This document shows positions 44,791-54,508 of a stretch of DNA of 64,000 bases, in pieces. The stretch's first letter is position 1, and each line of letters starts with the position of its first letter. A program made the translations under genes and the position numbers. Source of the stretch: Alphaproteobacteria bacterium (GTDB taxonomy: Bacteria; Pseudomonadota; Alphaproteobacteria; MPNO01; UBA830); the NCBI GenBank assembly GCA_964291215.2, contig OZ219791.1, positions 1,760,001 through 1,824,000 on the forward strand. The letters are read 5' to 3'. The notes beneath the pieces are model-generated. The model had not been told where the DNA came from. It did not search any database and saw nothing but the letters and a program-made list of their open reading frames with translations.

Positions 44791-45124
44791 GCTGGCCGAC
44801 ATTGAGCAGGCCAGTGCGGATATCGCGCACTTCATAGAAGGCGTGAGTCGCGAAGCCGATCTGCAGGACGGGTTGATCCAGGCTACAGTTGGACGCAAGT
44901 TCGAGATTATCGGTGAGGTGCTCAACCGCCTGGATGAAGACCATCGTGAAATTGTCCAACGCATTCAGCGTTTACGCCGAAACGCGGATTTCCGCAGTCT
45001 TCCAAGCCACGGCTACGATCGCGTGACCCCAGAGCGCGTATAGTCCTACGCCAGACACGATCTGCCGGAAATCCTTCGAGTCGTGCAGGTACTACTTACC
45101 GAGTTGGGGCCGCCCGAAGCATGA
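44768..45124 (+). pseudogene. HEPN/DUF86 toxin with an internal TAG stop (45041-43)
   Basis: LLADI..A...I, RKFEIIGEVL, degenerate FRSLPSHGYD (Rx4H), V*..ARHDLP. Confidence 0.75.
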
Positions 45125-45220
45125 ACGGACGGTGCCTGCTCGTCCTCTGCAACCGGGTAGGAAAGCCCCGATTATGAGTGCAGGCTCGTCTCGAGACCTG
45201 CAGATCCATGCTGCAAGACG

Positions 45221-45790
45221 TCAGCGCTCACGCACGAAATGGGCGCAGATGTTGCCAAGTTCTGCCGGGCCGATTGTTTCGCCTATGACGGCGCACAGGT
45301 TGCGGGAACGGTCTGCCGGGTTATCTGCGTCCGGCGTCAGGTGCTGGCAGTCCGGGCAGGGGCCGAATTCGGCAATGCTGTGGCGCGTCTGGACGATGTC
45401 GAGCAGATGCTCGAGGTCGCGAACGAAGGATGCCCGTTCGGTTTCCGTGCACGGCGATACGGCCTCGGAAATCATGCTTAACGGATCCCGTCTAAGAACT
45501 TCGTAACCGCGTATGGTAAGGACGATCCGAACTCCGCGCCGGTCCCCGGACCGTCGCCGCCTTTCGATGAGGCCCTTGTCCTGGAGCGTCTTCAGGGTCT
45601 GCGATACCGTTCCCTTGGTGCAGTTCATGAAGTCTGCGAGGGCGCTCGGCGAGCAGCTGTGACGATTGGCTCGGGAAATGTAGCGCAACGCGATCCACTG
45701 CGCGGGATTCAGACCTTCGGCGAACTGAAGCGAGTGAGTGATCCGGCCCAGCCGGTCCACCAATTCGACAATCCTCGTATGTTCGGTCAT
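45221..45790 (-). CDS. MarR family regulator with a Cys-rich C-terminus
   Basis: GLNPAQW.ALRY, TKGTVSQTLKTL..KGLI, DRRGV.I.LT..G; CPDCQH...C...C. Confidence 0.9.
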   Translation of the reverse strand: MTEHTRIVELVDRLGRITHSLQFAEGLNPAQWIALRYISRANRHSCSPSALADFMNCTKGTVSQTLKTLQDKGLIERRRRSGDRRGVRIVLTIRGYEVLRRDPLSMISEAVSPCTETERASFVRDLEHLLDIVQTRHSIAEFGPCPDCQHLTPDADNPADRSRNLCAVIGETIGPAELGNICAHFVRER

Positions 45791-46179
45791 ATGAGCCCGC
45801 CTTGATGTGGTTCCGGTCCGCGCGGGCCAAGGGCCCTGATCGTGCCGTCGCACCGGATGGTATCAGACCATATCGACTGGAGACAGAGCACGAAGACAGT
45901 TGCCTCCTGTAACCTTTACACATCCTGCGACCAGCCTGCGCCCACGGGTCTGGTTCCGGCAACTTCATTCTGACCGATGCCGGATTACGCCACGCCAACC
46001 GGATCGAGCGGGCCGCAACCTAGGAGTTTTTCACTACCTGCCTTGCGCGGGCCGTCGTCCGGGGCAGGGCTGAAACGGCGGGTAACGTGATACCGCCCTG
46101 GCTCCGTGCGTCGGTGCGCATGTCCGAACATGATATAGTTGCATACCGGAACCGGACAAGGCTGGCGGGAGAACACGGT

Positions 46180-47079
46180 ATGACCCTGAAGACTGTAGCG
46201 GTGATGAGCCCGGGGGACATGGGCGAGGGCATCGGGGCTTCCATTCGGGGCCAGGGGATTGACGTGATTACGGTCCTGTCCGGGCGTAGCGAAGTCACGA
46301 AAAGGCGGGCAGAACGTGCGGGCTTCCGGGAGGTTCCGGATCTCGCAACGTTGATCGTCGAAGCCGAGTTGATTCTGTCCATCATGCCGCCTGAGCAGGC
46401 GGAGCAGTTTGCCGGCGAAATTGCGGAGGCTGCGAGGGGCGTCGATTCATTGCCGGTCTTTGCAGAGATGAATGCGATTTCTCCGATGACCAGCCGGCGC
46501 ATTGCCGAACGGATGGCCACGGCTGGCGTCTCGTATATTGACGGCGGCATCATCGGTTGGGCGCCGTTCAAGGGGGAGAGCCCGACGAGACTCTATGTCT
46601 CGGGACCTCGGGCCGGATTCATGGATGCGCTGGACGGGAACGGCAAGAAGGTGATGCAGGTCGGCGACGAAATCGGTTGCGCCTCGGCGGTAAAGATGGT
46701 CTATGCGTCGATCACCAAGGGTACCGACACGCTGTTGACCGCGGCCTGCATGACCGCCGAACAGTTGGGGGTGCGGCATATTCTTGAAAAGGAATGGGCC
46801 TCGAGCCAGGCGGACGCGCTGGCGCGCATGGAACGGCGCGTACCCGCTCTTCCGGCAGACTCGGGGCGCTGGATCGGCGAGATGGAGGAAATCGCGGCGA
46901 CATATGCCGAGAGTGGGGTCACGCCGCACTTCCACAAGGGGGCAGCCGATGTCTACCGGGTGCTGGCCGCCACGCCGTTTGCCGCCGAAACTCGTGAAAC
47001 GATGGACAGAAGCCGGACGATGCGGGAGTCCGTCGAGATGTATGTTGCCCATCTTCCGGGTGCCGAAAACAGGAAATAG
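46180..47079 (+). CDS. NAD(P)-dependent oxidoreductase (6PGD/HIBADH-like, DUF1932-type C-terminus)
   Basis: SPGDMGEGIG Rossmann motif; NAISP, DGGIIG, ASAVKMVYASITKG, RWIGEMEEIA. Confidence 0.85.
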   Translation: MTLKTVAVMSPGDMGEGIGASIRGQGIDVITVLSGRSEVTKRRAERAGFREVPDLATLIVEAELILSIMPPEQAEQFAGEIAEAARGVDSLPVFAEMNAISPMTSRRIAERMATAGVSYIDGGIIGWAPFKGESPTRLYVSGPRAGFMDALDGNGKKVMQVGDEIGCASAVKMVYASITKGTDTLLTAACMTAEQLGVRHILEKEWASSQADALARMERRVPALPADSGRWIGEMEEIAATYAESGVTPHFHKGAADVYRVLAATPFAAETRETMDRSRTMRESVEMYVAHLPGAENRK

Positions 47080-47206
47080 CTGGCAGGCAGCCGGGCCAAT
47101 ATCTGGTCCGGTTCTCGTGGCCCGCTCCGCGGCACCCCGCCTTCAGCCCCGGCACCTGGGCCCGTCTGGACGTGTCATCGGGCAGGCACTATGGTGGAAT
47201 ACCGTC

Positions 47207-47545
47207 ATGACCGAACCTCGCGTCAAGACAACACTGTGGGTTGCCGCTCAGGTCAGGCTCTGCGACATCGTGCAGGTTCCGGTGGCGGTTGTCCGGCGTG
47301 GCGACGAGGATTCCGGTCAGGTGGTGATCAAACGGAATCGGCTCGACGGAACATTCGAGGTGTTCGTGCGAACCCTGGCCCTTTCTGGCGCTGCCGCCTG
47401 GCGCTGCGCGACCGGTGTGGAGCCTGCCGACGAAGAAACAGCGGATAGGGTTATTGGCCGGGAATCCGGCATTGATCCGGATATCTGGGTTCTTGAGATC
47501 GAAGATCCTGCTGAGCGATACGAATTCGATGCGCCCGTGATCTGA
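47207..47545 (+). CDS. DUF1491 family protein
   Basis: RVKTTLWVAA, VVRRGDEDSG, DPDIWVLEIED. Confidence 0.8.
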   Translation: MTEPRVKTTLWVAAQVRLCDIVQVPVAVVRRGDEDSGQVVIKRNRLDGTFEVFVRTLALSGAAAWRCATGVEPADEETADRVIGRESGIDPDIWVLEIEDPAERYEFDAPVI

Positions 47546-47561
47546 GGACATCCTCTGTTCC

Positions 47562-49347
47562 CACGGCGATCCCACGCCAGGTTTGTTGGAAGGGTCGGTT
47601 TTGCTTGTTCAGGATGATTCGCATTTTCGCTGGCTTTTTGTGAAGCGGCGTAGTATCCGTTGTCGTGGGGGCAGCGGATTTTTTTGAGACGACTCCGGAG
47701 GGTTTTGAGCTCCGGGATGTGGTTGTGCGCCTTGCGCGGCCTGATGTCGCTGGAACCGTGTTGTTGACCGTATCTTGGTTTCAAGCAGTTTGCCGGTCGA
47801 GGTCTGCGTGTTCACCTGGCGCGGGCGGTGGATTGGTGCTGCGGGCTGGCAGACGGGCGCCCTCAGCTGCGCACCCGTTGGATTGGCTGGCGCCGCGAGG
47901 AACAGTTCAGGCGGTTGCCGGGAACAACACGAGGTTTGTTGTTCCTGGTGGTCGTTTCCGGGCCTTGCCTCGTTTGCGTTGTCGCGGATGGTGCGGCGGC
48001 GACTGGGAGGCTGCGTACGGCCATCCGTTGCTTGTTGCGGAGTCGTTTGTCTCGCCGACGAAGTTCAGCGGCACCATGTACAAGGCGGCGAGCTGGGAGT
48101 GCGTTGGCAGGAGCCATGCGCGCGCCAGCGGGCGCCATAGCGACCGGGGAGGCGAAGGCTCTTTACGTGTTTCCGCTGCGTCGTGACGTCGGCTGCGGGA
48201 TCGTTCGCCGCTTGCTGTGGCGTGGGAGTTGCGGGCGCCGCTGGTCGGCGCAGGAGTTGCGCTCGATTTATCAGCGGCGCTTTCCGGCGCGCGCAGGGGC
48301 ACCGCATCGCCTCGGTGCTGTGCGTGATGGCGCGGCTTGCGAACCGGCACGGTTGCGGCGGCGCACTACGCGATGACGCAGAAGGAGCTGGAGCAGCATG
48401 GAAGAACAGGGACAAGCCGGTCTCCACCGTGCACCGGGTGCTGCAGAACACCGACCCGGGATGGATCGAGGATGCGGCGCGCAGCCGCAGGTCGGCAACG
48501 CGGTCGACGGCAAGCGCGGCCGCACCGGCGAGGATCATTACGAGACGGTCTCGCTGGCCGGTATTCGATCCTCAACTATCACGACGGGGAGATCGCTGCC
48601 GTCCACGCCGCGACGGCGCTGGCCGTCTGCTCACCCTCGACGCGCTCCACACCACCCGCGAGGCTGATCATCGAGACCCATCGCGCGGACTGATGGTCAA
48701 GGGCAACGCACCTTCGAGAGAGCATCAACTGGAAGACCGCCAGCGCTACAACGAAAAGCCCGCGCATGGCCGCAGCGCACCATCTTCACCCCGCTGGCGA
48801 AGATGATCAACTAGCAGATCTTCCGCGTCACCCGGCGCGTCGAATTCAAGAAATCCGGAAAACGGACAACCGAATACGCCATGACCTCGGCCGAACGCGC
48901 CTCGCCGCAACAGCTGCTCGCATGGAATCGCGGACACTGGGTAGTCGAGAGCCACCATCATGTCCGCGATGCCACCTTCCGCGAAGACGACTCCATGCTC
49001 CGAACGCGCCCGCAAACAACGCGATCACCCTCGCAATCATCATCCGCAACAAACGCAAGCTGCCCAAACCCTTCAACAGCTTCGTCGACACCACTATGCC
49101 AACAAGCGCAAGCAGGTCCTGCACGCAATCACAAGACCAGGCTGACCGCGCCTCTCTCCCCGACAGAAACTGCAAGCTTTCGAGCCCGGCAACCAAGGCC
49201 TCTCGCTCGCCCCGGATACGCCGACCAATCGCGCCCCGCGCCGTAACAGCACGTCAGCAAATCTCAAAATCGCAGCCTCGAACGCGTCGACCCGCGCCGC
49301 GATCAGGACTCAGATCACATCACATCAACAAGCATGGGATCACCTTG
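47562..49347 (+). mobile_element. degenerate ISAs1-like element, copy 3 (IS110 site empty at 48881-93)
   Basis: Same IRs as copies 1 and 2; perfect 10-bp TSD CCTCTGTTCC (47552-61, 49348-57). Confidence 0.9.
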
Positions 49348-49496
49348 CCTCTGTTCCGGACCGGGGCTGTAAACGTACCGGCTTCGCGATATAGTTGCGT
49401 GTGCTGGCCCACCTTTCCCCTTGGCCGGCTGCTGGAAGGCGCGGGGACGGAGTATCGGTCCCGTCTGTGATCGTCGATTTGGCCGGGAGATTGACA

Positions 49497-51695
49497 ATGC
49501 TGCTTTACCACGCATCCAAGGACAGGCCGGCCCATCTCGGTACCTACCCGCTCGAAGTGCTGGATCGGGACGAATCTCTCATTGAGGTCGAAGCAGCCCG
49601 CCCGCGGGTACCGCCGCCGCCCGCCTTCCGCGTTAACGGCGCGCTCGGGGCTGCCGCCGTTGGTTACCGAGATCTGTTCGGCACCTTCATTGCCGGCGGA
49701 CCGGTGGAGCAGGAAGCGCCGGTACCAAGAAGTCTCGACCGCCGGACTGTCGACATCAAGGGCTGCGCATATTTCATGGATGCGGGTCAGGTCGGGATTT
49801 GCCGTATTCCGGACAATGCGTGGCTTGAAGGGGCGGAGCCGATCGACGGACATGGTCATGCGGTGGTGGTGCTGGTCGAGCATGCGCGCCGGCCCGGGCC
49901 GGACAATCTCGCTCACGGCTGGACAGAGGGCGCGGTCGAGGCGTGCGCCGAGATGCGTGTCCTCGAAATCGCTGCCTGCCTGGCCGGCCATATTCGCCAG
50001 ATGGGTTTCGACACCCGGATCCACGTTGCGAGAGACGAGGAGCTCGACCGAGAACGGCTGGCAGTGCTCGGCGGGCTGTGCGTGCGCAGTGGCGACGGTC
50101 TCGTCAATCCTTATGTCGAGGATGGATTCACGCTGGCGGCGATTTCGACCAGCTACGAACTAGCCTGCGATCTCCCGCTGGCCGCAAGCGCCGCCGACGG
50201 GCGCAACAGGGCGTACTGGAAGGGCATCAACGGAGCTACCTCCGGTCGGGAACGCGCCTGCCGCGCAGGGCGGAAAGCCCATCAGAGCCGCTATCCGATG
50301 GAGCAGGTCAAGCGCGTGGACCGGCCGACAACGCTGATCCTCGACGACGAGGTTCCCCGGGTCCCGAAACGCGGCGCGTTCTTTGAGCGCGCGCTGCAGG
50401 GTGACCTCGGAGAGAAATCGAAGCGGGAACGCCGGCGCTTTTCGTTCAAGCACCCGCTTTCGATGAGCCAGCTTCAGGTAATCCGGTCAATGGTGCCGCA
50501 TCAGGACGGCGACACGGCCCGTGATGTCGACCAGACCGCTTATGGCGATCCCGCAGTCAACGCGCGGGCGGTCAAGGCGCTGTCTTACTTCCTCGGCTCG
50601 GATTTGACGGGAATCTGCGAGATTCCGCGTTATGCTTGGCATTCTCACAAGGAAGACGGGCGTCCAATCGAAATGTATCACCGCTATGCCGTCGTGATGC
50701 TGGTCGATCAGGGTTACGACACCATGGAAGGCGCCAGCGGCGACGACTGGATTTCGGGGGCGCAGTCAATGCGCGGTTATCTGCGCGGTGCGGAAATCGC
50801 GGGGGTTATGGGGGAGATGCTGAGAAGCCTCGGCTTTTCTTCCCGCGCGCAGACCAACGCCGACAGCGACGTGCTCCACATTCCGCTCGTTCTCTGGGCC
50901 GGCCTCGGAGAGTTGAGTCGAATCGGGGAGCTGGTTCTCAATCCGTTCGTCGGACCACGTTTCAAGTCGGTAGTGCTGACCACCGACATGCCGCTCGAGA
51001 TCGACAAGCCGATCGACTTCGGCCTTCAGTATTTCTGCAACCACTGCCACAAGTGCGATCGCGAATGCCCTTGTGATGCCATTCCGCACGGCGACAAGGT
51101 TATGTTCAACGGATACGAGATCTGGAAGCCCGATGTCGAGCGTTGCACACGCTACCGGCTCACCAACTCGAAAGGCTCAGCCTGCGGCCGTTGCATGAAG
51201 ACCTGTCCGCTGAACAAGGTCGTTGACATGGACGGCGGGCTTCTGCCGCGCATGGCGAGCTGGATGGGCGTCAACGCCATGTTCCTGAAGCCGGCACTTG
51301 TTCCGGTCGCGACGTGGCTGGACGACAGGCTCGGCAACGGCAAGAGGAACCCGGTCAAGAAATGGTGGTTCGATCACGAAATCGTCGATGGCGTCGCCAT
51401 CAACGCGCGGGCCACGAACGAGCGCGATATCGATCCTTCCAAAAAGGTCGACAAGACCGGTCAGAAGATAGCTTACTATCATGCCGACATGATGCCGGCA
51501 CCGGACCAGCCCGGGCCGTTAATGGTCGACCGCAAGGCGGCGCTCGCGGCCGGCTGCCTGGTCGAAACTCCGGACGAGGCGCGGGCGCGCGCCGCCCGTG
51601 GAGAACCGGCGCCGGCGCATTACATTCCTACCGCACCCGTTGGCGAGAATATGATCGAGGACCGGGTCGCGAGTCCCTACGCCGAGGAGGAATAG
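49497..51695 (+). CDS. rdhA: reductive dehalogenase, catabolic (non-respiratory, NpRdhA-like) type
   Basis: 732 aa; N-terminal DRPAHLGTYPLE; duplicated B12-domain architecture; AGLGELSRIGE, GPRFKSVVLTTDMPL..DKPIDFG, CxxCxxCxxxCP and C...CGRCMKTCP Fe-S motifs; no Tat signal and no rdhB seen. Confidence 0.9.
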   Translation: MLLYHASKDRPAHLGTYPLEVLDRDESLIEVEAARPRVPPPPAFRVNGALGAAAVGYRDLFGTFIAGGPVEQEAPVPRSLDRRTVDIKGCAYFMDAGQVGICRIPDNAWLEGAEPIDGHGHAVVVLVEHARRPGPDNLAHGWTEGAVEACAEMRVLEIAACLAGHIRQMGFDTRIHVARDEELDRERLAVLGGLCVRSGDGLVNPYVEDGFTLAAISTSYELACDLPLAASAADGRNRAYWKGINGATSGRERACRAGRKAHQSRYPMEQVKRVDRPTTLILDDEVPRVPKRGAFFERALQGDLGEKSKRERRRFSFKHPLSMSQLQVIRSMVPHQDGDTARDVDQTAYGDPAVNARAVKALSYFLGSDLTGICEIPRYAWHSHKEDGRPIEMYHRYAVVMLVDQGYDTMEGASGDDWISGAQSMRGYLRGAEIAGVMGEMLRSLGFSSRAQTNADSDVLHIPLVLWAGLGELSRIGELVLNPFVGPRFKSVVLTTDMPLEIDKPIDFGLQYFCNHCHKCDRECPCDAIPHGDKVMFNGYEIWKPDVERCTRYRLTNSKGSACGRCMKTCPLNKVVDMDGGLLPRMASWMGVNAMFLKPALVPVATWLDDRLGNGKRNPVKKWWFDHEIVDGVAINARATNERDIDPSKKVDKTGQKIAYYHADMMPAPDQPGPLMVDRKAALAAGCLVETPDEARARAARGEPAPAHYIPTAPVGENMIEDRVASPYAEEE

Positions 51696-51977
51696 TGCGG
51701 GTGGCGGCGCAGTTTGCCGCGAAGCGGTCAGATCGCCCGCTTTGCGTCCCGCCGGGCAATGTATGCCGCAGGGCTGACGGCCGTGGCGGCATCCCTCCGC
51801 AACCCTCCCGACCGGGGTCACGGTCGAACCGATGATCCGCGCCCGTCGGCGGCGCCAAGCCGTTGGTGCGGGTGAAAGCGGAGATTTCGGAACGCCGGTT
51901 GCTGGCTGCGAGGCCGTGACACACGCCGCCAGCCTCCGGTCGGCCCCTCGGGAGGCGGACGGAAAAAGACGTTCCGA

Positions 51978-53024
51978 TTACCTGTCGAGCGTGCTCGCGG
52001 CGAAGATCTCTTCGAGTTCCAGCCGATGTGGCGTAAGGCCCTGCTCGTGCGAATAGGCCGCGATCGTCTCCAGCACCTTGCGGTTGGCGGCGATCCCGTG
52101 GCGGACCAGCGGGGTCGCGAGCGTGTCGTCGGCATCGGGCGGCAGCAACCCGGCGTCGATATGGTAGCGGGCGTGCTCCAGTCTCTGCCGGTCGGCAAGC
52201 TGCGCGGCCTCGTCGAATGCCTTGAGGAGGCTCAGCATGACCCACGGGTGCTTTTCCGCGATTTCCCGCTTGACCACCATGCCGTGATTTATCGGATACA
52301 GCCCCGTTTTTTCGAAATAGCGCTTTCCTTCGGCGTACGGGTCGGGAAATAGCGGCCTGAAGTCTGGATGATTGTGAAGATCGGCCGTGCTGCGGTCGAT
52401 CATCGTGCCGCCAGGGATATAGAGAAGCGTGGCATCGAGATCCTCGTCGAGCAACATCTTGCCGATATTGTTCTCCTCGGGGATTCCATGAACGGTCACG
52501 CCTTCCGGCGGCTTGAACCCGGTCGATCCGCCATGGCTGGATTCCGGCGTTCTCTCCATCCAGAATTCCATGTCGCGCGGTGTTACGCCGAACTCGTGCT
52601 CCAGGATGCCGCGGGACCACAGCGCTGCCGTCTGCTGATATTCCGGCACGCCGACGCGCTTGCCCTTGAGGTCCTGCGGCCTCTCGATGCCGGTGGTCTT
52701 GCGGATGAGGATCCAGTTCTGGAAGAAAAACCGGGTCGTGAAGACGGGCAGGCCTACGAAACGATCATCGCCGCGTGCGGTAGCCATCAGCAGCGACGAG
52801 ACGGACATCTCGGCGACATCGAATTCAGCAAACTTGAGCTGGCGCCAGAACAGTTCGGAGGGATGCAGTTCAAGCAGGGTCATATCGATCCCCTCGGCGC
52901 CAACGAAACCGTCGAGGATCGGACGGGTCCGCAGGTTGGGCGTCAGGGCAACGCTCAGGCTCAACCCCCCTCTGGTTTCCTGCCGTCCAGACGCGGCGTC
53001 AGGACCGAGCTGCGGCATTCTCAT
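51978..53024 (-). CDS. 4,5-dihydroxyphthalate decarboxylase-like (PhtD/OphC; periplasmic-binding-protein fold) protein
   Basis: RTRPILDG, ELFWRQLKFAEFDVAEMS, LPVF, DLKGKRVGVPEYQQTAALWSRGIL, TGLYPINH; GGAG RBS. Confidence 0.78.
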   Translation of the reverse strand: MRMPQLGPDAASGRQETRGGLSLSVALTPNLRTRPILDGFVGAEGIDMTLLELHPSELFWRQLKFAEFDVAEMSVSSLLMATARGDDRFVGLPVFTTRFFFQNWILIRKTTGIERPQDLKGKRVGVPEYQQTAALWSRGILEHEFGVTPRDMEFWMERTPESSHGGSTGFKPPEGVTVHGIPEENNIGKMLLDEDLDATLLYIPGGTMIDRSTADLHNHPDFRPLFPDPYAEGKRYFEKTGLYPINHGMVVKREIAEKHPWVMLSLLKAFDEAAQLADRQRLEHARYHIDAGLLPPDADDTLATPLVRHGIAANRKVLETIAAYSHEQGLTPHRLELEEIFAASTLDR

Positions 53025-53084
53025 GCGTATCTCCCTGTGTCGAAGGGCTGTCGGCCTCAATTGCAGCTATGAAGTGGTGGACAA

Positions 53085-53777
53085 TCAGACGGTTGCCACT
53101 GCGACTTCTGCCTCGATCGCCTCCAGCCAGAGCTCGGGATCGAAGCCCTGCGGGCCCGGAGCGCCGTTGAACGTCATCCGTCCTTGCCGGTCGATCACGA
53201 ACAGCCGTATCGGCGCCGAGATGTAGTGGCTCTCAATCTGGTTGTCGATGCCGTCGAGCAGCATCGGCAGGCGGATGTCCTGGTTGACCTGGCAAGCCGA
53301 TGCTATTGCCGCCCGCTCGTCTTCGTTGGACGGCGTCGCGTAGATGATGTCGTCGTAGAGGTTCTGCGGTGTTTGCCAGCCATCGGACGGATGGGCCTCG
53401 CGGATATAAATTAGGAAGAACTCGACATGGTCCTGATGGAGATCGTGAATTTCATTCAGACGCACGGTCTGGTCACGAAACGGCGGTCACGTATAGGAGC
53501 CGAAGGCGAGCGCGACAGGGCGCCCCCTGAGTTTGGATAGTGTGACGAACTCTCCGGTGCGCCGCCGCTGCCGGTCAAGGCGTTCGGCGGTGAAATCCGG
53601 CGCCATGTCGCCGACCGCGGGCACTTGCGGCTCGCGACCCTTCTCGCGCGCCATCATGGTATCGAATTCGTCCTCGATCATGTCCGAGATCTCGAGCCAT
53701 GTCTTCTTGCGTTCTGCGAAGGAAATGTCACGACGGGAAGAGAAATTGCTGAAATGGGCGTATTTCTCGTTGGGCAT
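53085..53777 (-). CDS. iodothyronine deiodinase-like selenoprotein (Sec at TGA 53487-89), 230 aa
   Basis: Two annotated ORFs join in frame: GRPVALAFGSYT-U-PPFR...FFLIYIREAHPSDGW...RLFVID..G...F.GAPGP.GF, matching the deiodinase FGSxTUPPF and YIxEAHxxDGW motifs. Confidence 0.9.
53443..53478 (-). promoter_or_regulatory. putative bacterial SECIS element (deiodinase-like gene)
   Basis: TCGTGA-C-CAGAC-[CGTGC]-GTCTG-...-TCACGA; loop at +21..+25 from the UGA. Confidence 0.75.
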
Positions 53778-53881
53778 GCAATTGCTCCATCGTCGTTTTC
53801 GCCAAGCCCGGATGCGGTCGCGCCCGAGGAGGAGGCAGGCCGCCTTTCCCTCGGGCGTCGTGATCCGCGGTTCGCTGCCGG

Positions 53882-54349
53882 CTATCGCGACTCGTAGAAA
53901 TTCACCAGCCTGACGACATCGGCGGCTTCGATTCTGCCCAGCGGACCGTCGGCATAACTCGATATCACGACCTTGTTGTCTGGTCCGAGAACGAATTCCG
54001 ACGGCTGGATGATCTGGCGACGGTCTTCCCACCACGAACCGAGAGCGTCGGCAATGTCGCGGGTTACCCCGTAGCCTACGGGAAATCCGACCTCATCGGC
54101 GACTTCGCGGGCTTTGTCGATGGGGTCAACGCTTGCCGCGACTACCGAGGCGCCAAGCTTATCCAATTCAGCCTTCTGTTCCGAGAAACCGACCAACTGT
54201 CGGCGGCAGAACGGTCACCAGTGGCCACGGTAGAACAGAACGATCTTGTATTTGCTGTCGAGACCGCCCGGCAGATCCAGTGTTCCACCGTCGACAAGAT
54301 TTACGGTCACATCCGGAAAGGACGCGCCAATACCAAGTTTCTCCGACAT
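53882..54349 (-). CDS. peroxiredoxin-like (AhpC/TSA, thioredoxin fold) selenoprotein with UxxC (Sec at TGA 54215-17), 155 aa
   Basis: AAGGAG RBS; MSEKLGIGASFPD...IVLFYRGHW-U-PFCRRQL...VVAASVD. Confidence 0.9.
54178..54212 (-). promoter_or_regulatory. putative bacterial SECIS element (Prx-like gene)
   Basis: GTTCTG-CC-GCCGAC-[AGTTG]-GTCGGT-TTCT-CGGAAC; loop at +17..+21. Confidence 0.75.
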
Positions 54350-54508
54350 GTGCACTCCTTGATTGGGAACCCGGCGACCCTACCCGCGCACTGCCACTAA
54401 TGCAAACCGCTCTGACGGCCGGGCGGCTTTGAATCTGCGCGGAAAAACGCCTGTCGCCCTGCTTCCCGAAAGGTCCTTCCGCGCGGTGTTGGCGACGGCG
54501 GGGCCCGT

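Noticed and set aside
4564-49347. In-frame TGA codons in IS ORFs as further Sec recoding
   Set aside because: They lie among many frameshifts and deletions, are not in redox motifs, and I saw no comparable SECIS hairpin.
49497-51695. Organohalide respiration
   Set aside because: No Tat signal and no rdhB membrane anchor; the architecture is the soluble catabolic type.
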